A DNA stretch of 64,000 nucleotides. It comes from a virus. Its lineage: Duplodnaviria; Caudoviricetes. Location of the stretch: the IMG/VR virus record IMGVR_UViG_3300013307_000671, positions 70,909 to 134,908 of that record; one strand, given 5' to 3'. Position numbers and translations under genes: made by a program. Below are positions 1 through 9,762 of this stretch, piece by piece. Every line of letters starts with the position of its first letter. The first letter of the stretch is position 1. The notes under the pieces were generated by a model. That model saw nothing but the letters and a program-made list of their open reading frames with translations. It made no database searches and had not been told where the DNA came from.

Positions 1-425
1 TACAGGGCTGAAGGGTTCGTTGCAACCACTTTATCGCCTGTATTGAGTATAATACTATCCACTACACTCAGTAGATCCATAGCTGATACGGAATATACAG
101 TAATATAGTTAGGCGTTTTATTATCCACCAGGCTAAAATCAGTCTCGGTGATTTCACCATGATAGGTGTCCAGCTTATTTACCAGACCTACTACTTTTGG
201 ATTTTCATCATCGATTGTCTCTGCCAGCACAATAAACTCATGATCCATCAGAGCAAACTTTTTGCTACCGAGTCCTGCCAGAATGCTTTCTACCGTCTGC
301 TCGTTCAATGGCGTAATCAGCATTTTAGCACGACGCGTCTCAGTGAAGAAAACCGGAGTCGCTTCCTGCAGGTTTACTTTTTTGGCACGCGCTGATTTAA
401 TTGTCTCAGTTTTCATGATAGGCAT
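1..425 (-). CDS. hypothetical protein (~141 aa, runs to window edge)
   Basis: Manually translated open frame MPIMKTETIKSARAKK... open to position 1; absent from ORF track. Confidence 0.7.
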   Translation of the reverse strand, partial: MPIMKTETIKSARAKKVNLQEATPVFFTETRRAKMLITPLNEQTVESILAGLGSKKFALMDHEFIVLAETIDDENPKVVGLVNKLDTYHGEITETDFSLVDNKTPNYITVYSVSAMDLLSVVDSIILNTGDKVVATNPSAL

Positions 426-437
426 CTTATTAAAAAA

Positions 438-620
438 TTATAATAAAGTAAGAATAGTGTCGGAAAAGCCGTCAGGCAGCTCAATATCTAACTCAGAGCC
501 TTGGCTTGAGAACTCAGGATCATCCCACTCATGAGCATAAACAAGACAGTCAGCACGATCAGGATGTGCTTCCAGATAGGCATTCATGCGCTCAACGGCT
601 TCTCTTAACGTTAATGACAT
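438..620 (-). CDS. small acidic hypothetical protein
   Basis: ORF with RBS GAGGA and upstream promoter. Confidence 0.75.
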   Translation of the reverse strand: MSLTLREAVERMNAYLEAHPDRADCLVYAHEWDDPEFSSQGSELDIELPDGFSDTILTLL

Positions 621-649
621 TGGCTTTTCCTCATATTTTCAATAAAGAG

Positions 650-678
650 AGTATACATTATTGTCATATTAAAGACAA
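650..678 (-). promoter_or_regulatory. sigma70 promoter with two opposed operator-like motifs (TTGTC-N8-GACAA)
   Basis: TTGTCT-17bp-TATACT on minus strand; TTGTCATATTAAAGACAA at 661-678. Confidence 0.7.
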
Positions 679-688
679 CAATTTCCTT

Positions 689-1216
689 TTAAAACCAGCA
701 AAAAATACAAGAAAGCTCTTTGTGAAATCGTTTTACGGAGGCTGCCATGTTATTCCTTTTTGCCAATACATGATAAAAATATTTAGCTCGCATCTCGCAT
801 TGATTAATAGTGTTTTTCTCAAAGTAATCTGGAATAGAAGCTTCATCATCGAAACGCCATACATCCACCGCAACAAACTCTTCTAACCCCTTACGCTTTT
901 CCTCCCAATGATAGAAAACACCATCATCCGCAATATATTTTACCAGTCTGACCTTACCAAGATTAAGCAACACTTCCATGCTTATATCTCGAATGTCCGT
1001 TGCTGTTAGGCATTTTTTAATGTAATCTTCTGCCCAACTCTTATGATGAAAATTCATTTTTACATCAACAAGCTCAAGAGTATCATCCAGGCTTTTTGTG
1101 AACTCATAACGCGTTCTCTTTATCGCCTTCCAGCGTTTAAACAAAGAGCCTGTCATATATTCAATATGATAACCATCATTATTTTTTGCTACGCGAAGCT
1201 GATTGAATAATGCCAT
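689..1216 (-). CDS. hypothetical protein, paralogue of 1300-1785
   Basis: Shared L.N.LR...GY.I.Y...FKRWK and DDGVFYH.EEK motifs. Confidence 0.8.
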   Translation of the reverse strand: MALFNQLRVAKNNDGYHIEYMTGSLFKRWKAIKRTRYEFTKSLDDTLELVDVKMNFHHKSWAEDYIKKCLTATDIRDISMEVLLNLGKVRLVKYIADDGVFYHWEEKRKGLEEFVAVDVWRFDDEASIPDYFEKNTINQCEMRAKYFYHVLAKRNNMAASVKRFHKELSCIFCWF

Positions 1217-1299
1217 AATATTCGCCTCTATTATTTTGTGCGCTATAATATCAAAATATGGTTAAATATACAACGAAAAAGAGGCCGGAGCCTCTTTAT

Positions 1300-1785
1300 T
1301 TAACATGGCATACTTTCATGGACTGAAGCACGTTGGGCTTCGTATCTCAAAATCATTCTAATGTATACTTCAGCCTTATTTAACACTTTATCTCGGATAT
1401 CTACACATTCATTCTCTTCATGAGTCAGACGCCATGCCTCAGCCGTCAACCACTTCTCACAAAAAGATGTCTCTTTTTCTTCAACATGATAAAACACGCC
1501 ATCATTCGTAGTGTATCTGACGAGGCGAATGTTTTGGCGAGACTGTAAGACCTGAACGGATACGCTTTGCAGATCCATCATAGTAACACGCGTTCTTACG
1601 TATTCCTCCGCATCTTCTTGTGTATCAAGAATGACTCGCAGAGGCAACACATCAAACCCATAAATACACGGATCGCCGTATTGATTCTTACTCAGCGTCT
1701 TCCAGCGTTTAAACCATCCACCAAAATACTGTATTTTATAGCCATGCTTACATTCTCTTGCGCGAAGTTCATTATATAATGGCAT
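1300..1785 (-). CDS. hypothetical protein, paralogue of 689-1216
   Basis: ORF, RBS AAGGTG, paralogy. Confidence 0.8.
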   Translation of the reverse strand: MPLYNELRARECKHGYKIQYFGGWFKRWKTLSKNQYGDPCIYGFDVLPLRVILDTQEDAEEYVRTRVTMMDLQSVSVQVLQSRQNIRLVRYTTNDGVFYHVEEKETSFCEKWLTAEAWRLTHEENECVDIRDKVLNKAEVYIRMILRYEAQRASVHESMPC

Positions 1786-1824
1786 GTTTTCACCTTAAAG
1801 AGGCCTCCCAAAAGAGGCTATTGA

Positions 1825-2190
1825 TTAGACGTTTTCCAGATACACCAAGCGGTCTTCTTTCGGCGTTTCAAGCACAGGAATAACCGTCAGAATCTCAGTA
1901 AGACGTTCCGCATGTTCTTTAAAGAAACGCATCTTACCATTAGGATAACGCAGGACATCTTTACCTTCAATTTGAAAAGCAACAACACTGTCATCCGCAT
2001 AAAAAAACGAAACACAGATACTCACTGAATGCCTGATAGCGTCTGTCTCAAAACCATGCTTCAGTAAGCTATAAAATACGGGCGCATAATCTTTCCCCAC
2101 CAGAAAATATTTCTGGCTAGGCTTAAGCTTAGCCATCTCACGCAAAAACTCAGCTAACACGCCCTGATTCGTATACTCAATCATAATCAT
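1825..2190 (-). CDS. hypothetical protein
   Basis: ORF with RBS GAGGA and own promoter. Confidence 0.75.
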   Translation of the reverse strand: MIMIEYTNQGVLAEFLREMAKLKPSQKYFLVGKDYAPVFYSLLKHGFETDAIRHSVSICVSFFYADDSVVAFQIEGKDVLRYPNGKMRFFKEHAERLTEILTVIPVLETPKEDRLVYLENV

Positions 2191-2211
2191 TCCTCTCTAC
2201 AAGATAAAAAG

Positions 2212-2240
2212 AGTATAGCATTTCTCCATATTAATGACAA
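2212..2240 (-). promoter_or_regulatory. sigma70 promoter in which the motif TTGTCA is the -35 box
   Basis: TTGTCA-TTAATATGGAGAAATGC(17)-TATACT. Confidence 0.8.
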
Positions 2241-2277
2241 CAAAAAAGAGGCGCTAGCCTCTTTTTCTCCAGTCAGG

Positions 2278-2760
2278 TTAATCTACTTTGCGGATTGGAA
2301 TCGCCGGTTTGGGCATTATGAAATCTTCCAAGACCTCATACAATTCGACTTCTTCAACAACACGGCAGAACTCGCCTTCATATTCTACGGGATAATGTAG
2401 AATATTTTCGGTGAGCCAGTCATAAAAATCACCTCCATCCATATCTTCCCATACATCCTGGATATAACCGCTTAGAGCAACCTTCTGATCTTCATCAGTA
2501 ATCTTCTCTTCCAAAGCCTCAATAATCAACTCTTTTAACTCTTCTGAATCCTCATACTCTTTGTTCCCAAAGCCAGGATTAGGTCGGTCGTTTTTTGATC
2601 GGAACATTTTACCAATAGTCATCAACACCAACGCTTCAGCTTTGGTCTTAACATTCGTCTGAACACTACGATAGTTGTCCGCATCATTCTCCCAAGACGT
2701 GAACACAACCAGATAACCTTTATCAAGCTTTTCCCCTGGATTTAACTTTACATCGTTCAT
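2278..2760 (-). CDS. acidic hypothetical protein (SWENDADNY motif, phage-type)
   Basis: ORF, RBS AAGGA. Confidence 0.8.
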   Translation of the reverse strand: MNDVKLNPGEKLDKGYLVVFTSWENDADNYRSVQTNVKTKAEALVLMTIGKMFRSKNDRPNPGFGNKEYEDSEELKELIIEALEEKITDEDQKVALSGYIQDVWEDMDGGDFYDWLTENILHYPVEYEGEFCRVVEEVELYEVLEDFIMPKPAIPIRKVD

Positions 2761-2780
2761 TTTATTTCCTTTATTGTTTG

Positions 2781-3470
2781 TTAAAAAATATCGTCTTTAT
2801 TCCAACCCAGCAATGCTGCCAGAAATGACCGTGTTTTTTCGGAGTATTTCTGATCGCTATTATCACCATGAATGATGTAATACACTTTGCGGGCAATCAC
2901 CACATAAACAAACAGGAACGGCACGAACCACAGACGGTTGAAACGCTGCAGCTTGCTGGCATCGTCTGCCTGATTATTACTTTTTACGATGTAATACTTC
3001 GCATAGCGATCATCGTATTCATTTGGGAACAGAAAATCGTATAAATCATACAGCGTCTTAACGTTGTTCTCGCTCAGAACAAACAAGAACTCTTCACGGC
3101 TAAGAGTTTTCTGCCAACCACCTTTGTAGCCACTCGCCTTAGCCACAAACTCTTCACCGATAAGACGTGCCACCCACTGACCTGCAGGCGTTCTTTCATC
3201 AAAGCCCGTATATCCCGTCATCACATAACGCACGGGCGCAATGAAAATCCAGAAGACTAACGTGAACCAGATGCGATTAAGACGTTGTTGAAGCGTTGTA
3301 GGGGCATTGCCACGAGTTTTATCTACAATGTTATATGAACTACTGATTTTATCATCACCGTCATACAAGGCGTTTACAGCATCATCCAGCGTTTCTGCTT
3401 TTTCCTTTTTCAAAAGCGCATCCAAACCATAACGAGACAGCTCATGTTGCCATTTTTGAACAAAAAACAT
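2781..3470 (-). CDS. membrane protein with internal tandem duplication
   Basis: Two repeats of WQ..LSR...TL.D....L / QR.NR.WF plus a hydrophobic helix. Confidence 0.8.
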   Translation of the reverse strand: MFFVQKWQHELSRYGLDALLKKEKAETLDDAVNALYDGDDKISSSYNIVDKTRGNAPTTLQQRLNRIWFTLVFWIFIAPVRYVMTGYTGFDERTPAGQWVARLIGEEFVAKASGYKGGWQKTLSREEFLFVLSENNVKTLYDLYDFLFPNEYDDRYAKYYIVKSNNQADDASKLQRFNRLWFVPFLFVYVVIARKVYYIIHGDNSDQKYSEKTRSFLAALLGWNKDDIF

Positions 3471-3528
3471 AACGATTTCCTCTCAGGATTAAAGCGTTAT
3501 TTTACCATAATGTCTTAATGCAAACAAC

Positions 3529-3552
3529 AAAAAACCGCCCGAAGGCGGCTTT
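3529..3552 (-). terminator. intrinsic terminator, cUUCGg loop
   Basis: AAGCCGCC-TTCG-GGCGGTTTTTT. Confidence 0.85.
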
Positions 3553-3553
3553 A

Positions 3554-4180
3554 TTATTTGTGAAGTTTAACTTGATCGGTGATGCCTTTCACCGCCTCAG
3601 CAAAGGCAAGCATCCACTGAATATCATGGTTTTCCTGCTTACCTACGATGAATGTCCATTTGCCTTCAAACAACTCCGCAGTGTAGACAGCCTTATTGTT
3701 GATGTAGGCTTTAAACACCTTTTTCATTGCCCCGCCGTAAGCCGATTCCATATAATCATTCAGCTTAACAACATACTCAGGCATCTTCGCTTTTTCATCT
3801 TGCTCGTGTTTTGCTTTTTTATCGCTTGCCAACGCATAGGCTTCAACCATTGCCCGGACGTAAGCCTTTGCTTTACCAATATTAGTTGGAAGCGCAGAAG
3901 ACGATCCTACCATCCATAAATCCAGCATCATCGGATTGAACATGAACTTAATCACTTCATATCCATCTACCAGACCCACAACACCCGATAACACTTCTTT
4001 TACCTCAACAACACCATCAACATCGCCTTCTAAAGGATGCAAAGCCTTCGCAAACTCCGCAATGTGCGCACCTGCTTTGTTGAAGTCAGAAGATAATAAC
4101 GTTGAGCTACCGACAATATGCCCGCCCATCAGATCAGAAATAGTGATGACATTCAGATTTTGCTCAGCGACGTTGTTCAT
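3554..4180 (-). CDS. hypothetical protein
   Basis: ORF; start moved to MNNVAEQ (RBS AGGT), as the upstream part overlaps the promoter. Confidence 0.75.
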   Translation of the reverse strand: MNNVAEQNLNVITISDLMGGHIVGSSTLLSSDFNKAGAHIAEFAKALHPLEGDVDGVVEVKEVLSGVVGLVDGYEVIKFMFNPMMLDLWMVGSSSALPTNIGKAKAYVRAMVEAYALASDKKAKHEQDEKAKMPEYVVKLNDYMESAYGGAMKKVFKAYINNKAVYTAELFEGKWTFIVGKQENHDIQWMLAFAEAVKGITDQVKLHK

Positions 4181-4278
4181 GTGTTTACCTATAGTGTGAA
4201 GTAACTGTTTTGTTTCGATAGAAAGATTATATGACAACATTAAGTGAACCGCAAGAGAAATCTTGCGGTTTTTATAGA

Positions 4279-4716
4279 TTAAGCGGAGATACTCAGAGAA
4301 GCCTTATGCTCTTTTTCCAGATCAAGCATTTCTTCGCATGGCGCATCACGCAAAGCCTCAGTCCAAATCTCAACAGTTTTCTTGAGATCCACATCCTGAT
4401 ATTTATACACGCCAACATCATCGATATCACACAGAAGGTTACCTTCAAAACTTGATGGTGAGAATGGCAGAGAATAAACCACGAAATCACCGTTTTTCAT
4501 AACCACCGTGCGCCCGTGAAAACCTTCGATTTCCGCTTTAACTGCAACGATTTCATGCAGCTTGTAGTAAGAAACAATCTCAAGAGCAATATCGATTGCC
4601 TCTTCCTTTTCAGCAAAAACACTTTCTTTATGCATGGCATAACCATTTTCGGTGCGACCATAACTTTCATCGCCAAAAGTGGCACCATCTTTATTAACTT
4701 CTACTGATGCAGACAT
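4279..4716 (-). CDS. acidic hypothetical protein
   Basis: ORF, RBS AGGAGA. Confidence 0.8.
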   Translation of the reverse strand: MSASVEVNKDGATFGDESYGRTENGYAMHKESVFAEKEEAIDIALEIVSYYKLHEIVAVKAEIEGFHGRTVVMKNGDFVVYSLPFSPSSFEGNLLCDIDDVGVYKYQDVDLKKTVEIWTEALRDAPCEEMLDLEKEHKASLSISA

Positions 4717-4750
4717 AAACTCTCCTGAATATGAAATGATTTGGCGCTAC

Positions 4751-5065
4751 TTACGCCACAATAGACCAGTCATTCAACTTCGTGATCTTCTGCAGAGCCG
4801 CTAAGACTTGCTTCGCATTTTTATCGCTGTAATCCGTGATCGCATCACGTAAAGCTGCCCTCAGTGCATCACCTTCACCCTGATAGCCTCTTTTCAGGCC
4901 TGCGTTAAACATGACATTGGATAAGCCCATGACAACGCCAAACTGATTTACCATAACAATACGACCATTCTCAAAGCAAGTCAGCGTATCAGTATTCCCC
5001 GAACTATCTTTACGCGCAAACTTCATTTTCTTTACAACTACTTTTTCAGTCGTCGCCATTTTCAT
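4751..5065 (-). CDS. hypothetical protein
   Basis: ORF, RBS GAGGA. Confidence 0.8.
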   Translation of the reverse strand: MKMATTEKVVVKKMKFARKDSSGNTDTLTCFENGRIVMVNQFGVVMGLSNVMFNAGLKRGYQGEGDALRAALRDAITDYSDKNAKQVLAALQKITKLNDWSIVA

Positions 5066-5130
5066 ATCCTCTCAGATTAATGACAATATGATATCACACG
5101 ACATTATGAAATAAAAGCATTATCTGCGCA

Positions 5131-5637
5131 TTACTTCATTAAATCATAGATATTTTTAAGCTCGTCCGGCTTAACACCTTTTCTTCCTCGTGGATTCCAG
5201 TTTACGTCATACTGGTTATCCACGCCGCTGTTTACCTGAATACCTATGAAATCAAACTGAGACAGATCTTTAGCTTTCAAATACACTGCTAAATCTGGCA
5301 CATGATTAACATAGCCATCAATAAAACCGCTCATATCCGCATCCCATGCTTCAAGGTCAGCAACAAAAGAAGGCAGCATTTCTACCGGGATGACCGTATA
5401 GTCATATGTGGCTAACAACACTGTTTTGTGATGATGTGGCAGTCTGCTATCCTTATACAGAGGCCAAAGCTTATCGTAATCGCTATCTTCAGGCATACGC
5501 TCAAAATAGTCCAGACCAAGATATTGCTTGAAATAAGCCGCCCATACCATCAGGCTTAAACCACGACCATTTTTAAAACTGGTTAACCACTGCGTTTTTT
5601 GACCCTCTTTGATGCCATAAATAACCGATTCACTCAT
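5131..5637 (-). CDS. hypothetical protein
   Basis: ORF, RBS AAGGGG. Confidence 0.8.
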   Translation of the reverse strand: MSESVIYGIKEGQKTQWLTSFKNGRGLSLMVWAAYFKQYLGLDYFERMPEDSDYDKLWPLYKDSRLPHHHKTVLLATYDYTVIPVEMLPSFVADLEAWDADMSGFIDGYVNHVPDLAVYLKAKDLSQFDFIGIQVNSGVDNQYDVNWNPRGRKGVKPDELKNIYDLMK

Positions 5638-5704
5638 AAAAACCCCTTAAAATGATAATCTTCTCCAAAAGAAAAAGAGAGCCTAAGCCCTCTCTTTTAT
5701 TCTA

Positions 5705-6079
5705 TCATGCAGCTTTCGTAGAAACAAATGGACTGCTGTGATCACCAAAGCTTAAGCGCGTATAGTAGGAAGGGACACTGCCATAATCACCATCTTCAGC
5801 GATAATATGATTTTTACTATCCAGTGCATCCAGAATAGCTTCAATGGCCTGACCCACTTCAACATTAACAAAGTCCTTAGCGCGTGAGAAAGTGTTCACA
5901 TCAACATGAGGACGCTGAGTTTCTGGCTTAACATCCGTCAGCTCAATCGGCGCAGACTTGATCATCACGCGAAGCGTCGAATAGTTGTAAACTTTAAAAG
6001 ATGCTTTCCAGCCTTTCGGTAAAACAGCCTTAACACGTTTTACCAGCTCTGCTTTCAGTTCTTTGCTTACGTAGCCCAT
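5705..6079 (-). CDS. conserved phage/plasmid protein (LPD29-like), paralogue of 62364-62774
   Basis: M(G/A)Y.SKE.KA..V..VKAVLPK.WKASF shared with paralogue. Confidence 0.75.
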   Translation of the reverse strand: MGYVSKELKAELVKRVKAVLPKGWKASFKVYNYSTLRVMIKSAPIELTDVKPETQRPHVDVNTFSRAKDFVNVEVGQAIEAILDALDSKNHIIAEDGDYGSVPSYYTRLSFGDHSSPFVSTKAA

Positions 6080-6111
6080 TTTGACAATCCCATTCTCGTT
6101 TCGATAAAAAC

Positions 6112-6140
6112 AGTATAGGCTTTAATGACAACAACGTCAA
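6112..6140 (-). promoter_or_regulatory. sigma70 promoter with motif inside the spacer
   Basis: TTGACG-TTG-TTGTCA-TTAAAGCC-TATACT, then TTTTATCGAAACG. Confidence 0.85.
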
Positions 6141-6160
6141 TCTTTTTTTACCGCGATATG

Positions 6161-6183
6161 AAAAAACCGCCCGGAGGCGGCTT
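6161..6183 (-). terminator. intrinsic terminator, cUCCGg loop
   Basis: AAGCCGCC-TCCG-GGCGGTTTTTT. Confidence 0.85.
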
Positions 6184-6189
6184 GTTAGT

Positions 6190-6684
6190 TTAGGGCATCT
6201 TTACTTCGTCATCTTTGACTTTCTCAACTGTTTTCCCGTCCGGCTTCACTTCTATCACACGTTCTGAGGGAAACTTGAATGAAGCGTATCGGAGCAGCCA
6301 TAAAGAACCACATAATACCAGAATGCCTACGCAGTAAAACACAATAACTCTGAAATCTTCGCCATGATCGGTAATCAGGCCAATCAGATGACGCGTCATA
6401 GCCGTTATAGCAATGTAAATGATAAAACGGATAGGTAGATGGTTTGTCTTGAAGTAAACACCTACCATTGCGCCTAACTCAAGATAAATGAACAGCGTTA
6501 GCACGTTTTCAATGCCCGGCTTGCCCATATCCAAAACATGACACAACTCAATGATAGACGCCCAAATAACGACACCACCAATCATGAACAAGCCGAGATA
6601 ATGGAATGTTCCGATCAGCGCATTTCCAGAAAAGTCTACCCACTCCTTAATCTGACTACCCTTAGCCTTCAAGTTTTCCATCAT
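6190..6684 (-). CDS. psiE: phosphate-starvation-inducible PsiE-family membrane protein
   Basis: 4 TM helices; LFIYLELGAMVGVYFKTNHLPIRFIIYIAITAMTR matches the PsiE signature. Confidence 0.8.
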   Translation of the reverse strand: MMENLKAKGSQIKEWVDFSGNALIGTFHYLGLFMIGGVVIWASIIELCHVLDMGKPGIENVLTLFIYLELGAMVGVYFKTNHLPIRFIIYIAITAMTRHLIGLITDHGEDFRVIVFYCVGILVLCGSLWLLRYASFKFPSERVIEVKPDGKTVEKVKDDEVKMP

Positions 6685-6720
6685 TACACCTCTTAAATCA
6701 ATAGTATGCTGTCATTATAG

Positions 6721-6736
6721 TGTGATTTGTATCACA
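6721..6736. promoter_or_regulatory. CRP (cAMP-CRP) binding site in the psiE promoter spacer
   Basis: Perfect TGTGA-N6-TCACA between TTGCTT and TATAAT of the minus-strand promoter. Confidence 0.7.
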
Positions 6737-6796
6737 AAAGCAATAGGACGTTTCGTAAAGATTTAAAAAGAAAAACCGCCCGGAGGCGGCTTAATG

Positions 6797-7378
6797 TTAT
6801 GGCGTGATCTTACCTATACAAACAGCTCCAGTGTTTTCCAGGCTTTTCAAATCATCCACAGAGAAGAGGTCATCTTTAAGCTTATACTTACTGCCTTCAT
6901 TAATCTCTACATACCAAATCTGTCTTTTCTCCAGATTAGAGACGTTATCAATATCAAGGATGTAGCCGAACACACCGTTTCCTAAAACAATAACCTGATC
7001 GCATTTAAACTCATTGCTATTTGCCGTGAACTTTTCAGCATCTAATGCTGAGAAGGTAACGCCTTCATCTTTCACCATAAAAGAAAAATCTTTTTGGCAT
7101 TCAAGCATACGGCTAACATCAATATCTTTATCAGACATACGCTTACCAGAGACACCATACACTTTCTCCAGATCGCCTGCGCCTTTTACCACGAAAACGC
7201 CCACTTCGGCATCAGATTGCAGCAAACCGCTTTTCCAGTCAGCATAACACGTCAGTTCTCGCATATCTTTTTCAGCTTCTGTCGCATTGGCATTGTAAAG
7301 ACGCACAGCCTCAACTGATTCAAGCATCCACTCGCCATTCAGATTAACCATGACCATTGCAAAAGGTTTAATATTCAT
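6797..7378 (-). CDS. hypothetical protein
   Basis: 193-aa ORF between promoter and terminator. Confidence 0.75.
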   Translation of the reverse strand: MNIKPFAMVMVNLNGEWMLESVEAVRLYNANATEAEKDMRELTCYADWKSGLLQSDAEVGVFVVKGAGDLEKVYGVSGKRMSDKDIDVSRMLECQKDFSFMVKDEGVTFSALDAEKFTANSNEFKCDQVIVLGNGVFGYILDIDNVSNLEKRQIWYVEINEGSKYKLKDDLFSVDDLKSLENTGAVCIGKITP

Positions 7379-7465
7379 TTCATTTTCTCATTAAGTAATG
7401 CATGTTGACATTATACCTGCATCTTTTATCTTGTGCAACAAAAAACCGCCCGGAGGCGGCTTCTT

Positions 7466-7699
7466 TTAACGCTTAAACAAATCTTTCAGGGCTGGCATAA
7501 TGTAAGGATGCACAATAAAATGGCAAATAGCTGCAACAATAATCGTGGTAATAGCCGCACCGAAAAATGCACTTACAACGCCATCATGTCCGACATTATC
7601 AAGGAAATTCCAGCCAAAAATAACACCATTGATGACAAGATTTGCGCCTTTACTTTCTTCCTTCACAAACTCACGCAATTTTTCTTTAGCTTCACTCAT
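7466..7699 (-). CDS. small 2-TM membrane protein
   Basis: RBS GGAGA; weakly similar to the next two ORFs. Confidence 0.75.
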   Translation of the reverse strand: MSEAKEKLREFVKEESKGANLVINGVIFGWNFLDNVGHDGVVSAFFGAAITTIIVAAICHFIVHPYIMPALKDLFKR

Positions 7700-7813
7700 C
7701 TAACTCTCTCCTGTATTTTTTACGATTATCTTTGATTGCCATACTAAAAGCAACAAAATTTTCAATGATTTACTTTTCTGAACAAAGACTTTTTTTGAAG
7801 GCTGTTTTTATCT

Positions 7814-8005
7814 TTACCGCTGAAACACGCGCAGACGAGGAATAACAAAGAACGTCATTACAACCATCACGAAAGCCACAACAGCCGATGACTGAGCAAA
7901 AGCTTCAGCAAAGCCCGCGTTTTTATACGCTATAAGGAATGATGTGATAAAACTCAGAATATAACCTACTATCATGATCGGATTAAAACCTTCTTTACAG
8001 TTCAT
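7814..8005 (-). CDS. small 2-TM membrane protein
   Basis: RBS GAGG/AGGA; own promoter with motif. Confidence 0.75.
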   Translation of the reverse strand: MNCKEGFNPIMIVGYILSFITSFLIAYKNAGFAEAFAQSSAVVAFVMVVMTFFVIPRLRVFQR

Positions 8006-8068
8006 ATTCCTGCCTCTCTTTCAATACAAACATTATCACCTATAATGACAATAAAAAGCAACTGCTTT

Positions 8069-8278
8069 CTACTCTTTTTTAGGATTAACCTTATCCAAAA
8101 GATAGCTTCCAGTCATAATGAAAAGCGTCATTACAAACGAGATAGCAAACGATGTTAGCATAGGTAGTTTACCCAGCAGTGCCGCCGTGATAAACATCAT
8201 CACAAAACAAAACAGATTCCAGCGGAAGTTTACACCTTTTAACTCGCTTTCACAGATCTTAATCAGCATTGCTTTCAT
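8069..8278 (-). CDS. small 2-TM membrane protein
   Basis: Hydrophobic ORF with own promoter. Confidence 0.7.
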   Translation of the reverse strand: MKAMLIKICESELKGVNFRWNLFCFVMMFITAALLGKLPMLTSFAISFVMTLFIMTGSYLLDKVNPKKE

Positions 8279-8366
8279 ATCGAAACTTCCCGTATCGTTG
8301 ATTTAATGACAATATATCAGTTGTTAGCGTTCTATGCAAGGTTTTTTACTTCCGGGACGGACGACC

Positions 8367-8537
8367 TTATTGATTTCTCAGCGAAGTCATCATCATTTCT
8401 AAAATCTCAACTGCAGAATAACCTGGCTGCCCCATGCTTTTCTTGAAATCGCCCATCTCACGCAAAAAACTTCGGGAAGTGCCGTGCATGAACTTCTTAT
8501 CCAGACCTTTCATCAAACAACATTTTCTGATAACCAT
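8367..8537 (-). CDS. 56-aa hypothetical protein
   Basis: Manual translation MVIRKCCLMKGLDKKF...; starts just after the upstream gene stop. Confidence 0.5.
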   Translation of the reverse strand: MVIRKCCLMKGLDKKFMHGTSRSFLREMGDFKKSMGQPGYSAVEILEMMMTSLRNQ

Positions 8538-8538
8538 T

Positions 8539-9027
8539 TTAATCTCTCAGATCAACCGTAATGCCTTCAAACTCAAAATCATGGCTACACGCTGACACCT
8601 GCGCATTGATCGTCTGATTCCCACCCGCAGACAGCCATCCTGTCATGTTAATACAATCGCGTGAATCTTCAGACTTCACCATATCCATAAAATGCTGCGC
8701 CTTGTAATTGATACGGTCTTCATCACCTCCGTATTTATCTTCCATATTAATGCCCATGCTTTCTACACCACGAACCAAAGCCTCATGATAGCTTTCGCCA
8801 TTTTGAATAGCCACAGAAATACTGTAAGTTCCAAGCAGTGGCTTAACATTCGCTATCGCAAAGTCATCATCGGTATCAACCTCAATAAATAGCACCTCTT
8901 TATTATTCGAAGCATCATATTCCGCTTTTTTCTTCTCCAGCGCATCGAGAAATAAAGAAGCATTGCCTTTCAGCTTAGCACCTTTCAATGATGAAATAAT
9001 ATCTTTGATTTTTACCACTTTATTCAT
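8539..9027 (-). CDS. hypothetical protein, family A (5 paralogues)
   Basis: ISSLKG..L.G.A..F.D.L N-terminus and VDL(R) C-terminus shared with 10407, 18400, 61107, 61678. Confidence 0.8.
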   Translation of the reverse strand: MNKVVKIKDIISSLKGAKLKGNASLFLDALEKKKAEYDASNNKEVLFIEVDTDDDFAIANVKPLLGTYSISVAIQNGESYHEALVRGVESMGINMEDKYGGDEDRINYKAQHFMDMVKSEDSRDCINMTGWLSAGGNQTINAQVSACSHDFEFEGITVDLRD

Positions 9028-9042
9028 TTTCTTTCCTTTTAG

Positions 9043-9762
9043 TTAAAGATAAACCATTTTTTTTGTTACTACATCGAAATGCAGGAGCGTCAACTCACTT
9101 TTACTTCCGTAAGTATCAATATAATACCGATTCTGGAAACGTAGCGGCTCAGGAAGCGTTGTATGACCATGAATCAGATAATCTACACCAGATACACTAG
9201 GAAGCTCATCCGCGTCCTCTACAAGCACTCTGCGAATCACAGTCCGGTCCCACATAAGATTAGCCCGGTAGCCTTTATTTCGCTTAGCCTTCCTGATAAT
9301 CTTATGCCATTGCTGAGGCTTATCATTATCAAATGGCACACCACCATGAATCACACCAAAGCTCACTCCTGCCTGTTCAACTTCTAAAAGCAACGAGAAA
9401 TGACTCAGGAGCAGTTTTTTATATTTCTTAAGGTTAGACTCGCCTAACTGCTTAACGGTCGCCTCAGAGCCATTGCGAGCGTCATTAAACCATTTCTCAG
9501 GCTTAGTGTCATGCTCAAGCAGAAAGTTATCATGATTGCCTATTACACCATAACAGTTCGGCGTTTCCATGAAGAAGTTTATCACCTCCGCAATCTTCGG
9601 ACCACGATCAACCAGATCACCTTCAGAAATAAGATAATCCCGACCAAACTGAAAGCCGACTTCTTTCAACTTTCGAAGTAGTTCATGATATTGCCCATGA
9701 ATATCACCGACAAAAAATAAACGGCTATCTGTGGGGATGGCTACTTTTTTATATATTTTCAT
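9043..9762 (-). CDS. metallophosphoesterase, Ser/Thr protein phosphatase (PphA/lambda NinI-like)
   Basis: GDIHG, GDLVDRG, GNHD, HGG, HGHT, IDT motifs. Confidence 0.9.
   Translation of the reverse strand: MKIYKKVAIPTDSRLFFVGDIHGQYHELLRKLKEVGFQFGRDYLISEGDLVDRGPKIAEVINFFMETPNCYGVIGNHDNFLLEHDTKPEKWFNDARNGSEATVKQLGESNLKKYKKLLLSHFSLLLEVEQAGVSFGVIHGGVPFDNDKPQQWHKIIRKAKRNKGYRANLMWDRTVIRRVLVEDADELPSVSGVDYLIHGHTTLPEPLRFQNRYYIDTYGSKSELTLLHFDVVTKKMVYL

Noticed and set aside
6709-6726. Activating pho box upstream of psiE (CTGTCAT-TATA-GTGTGAT)
   Set aside because: Wrong orientation and position (overlaps -10), and the second half is better explained by the CRP site
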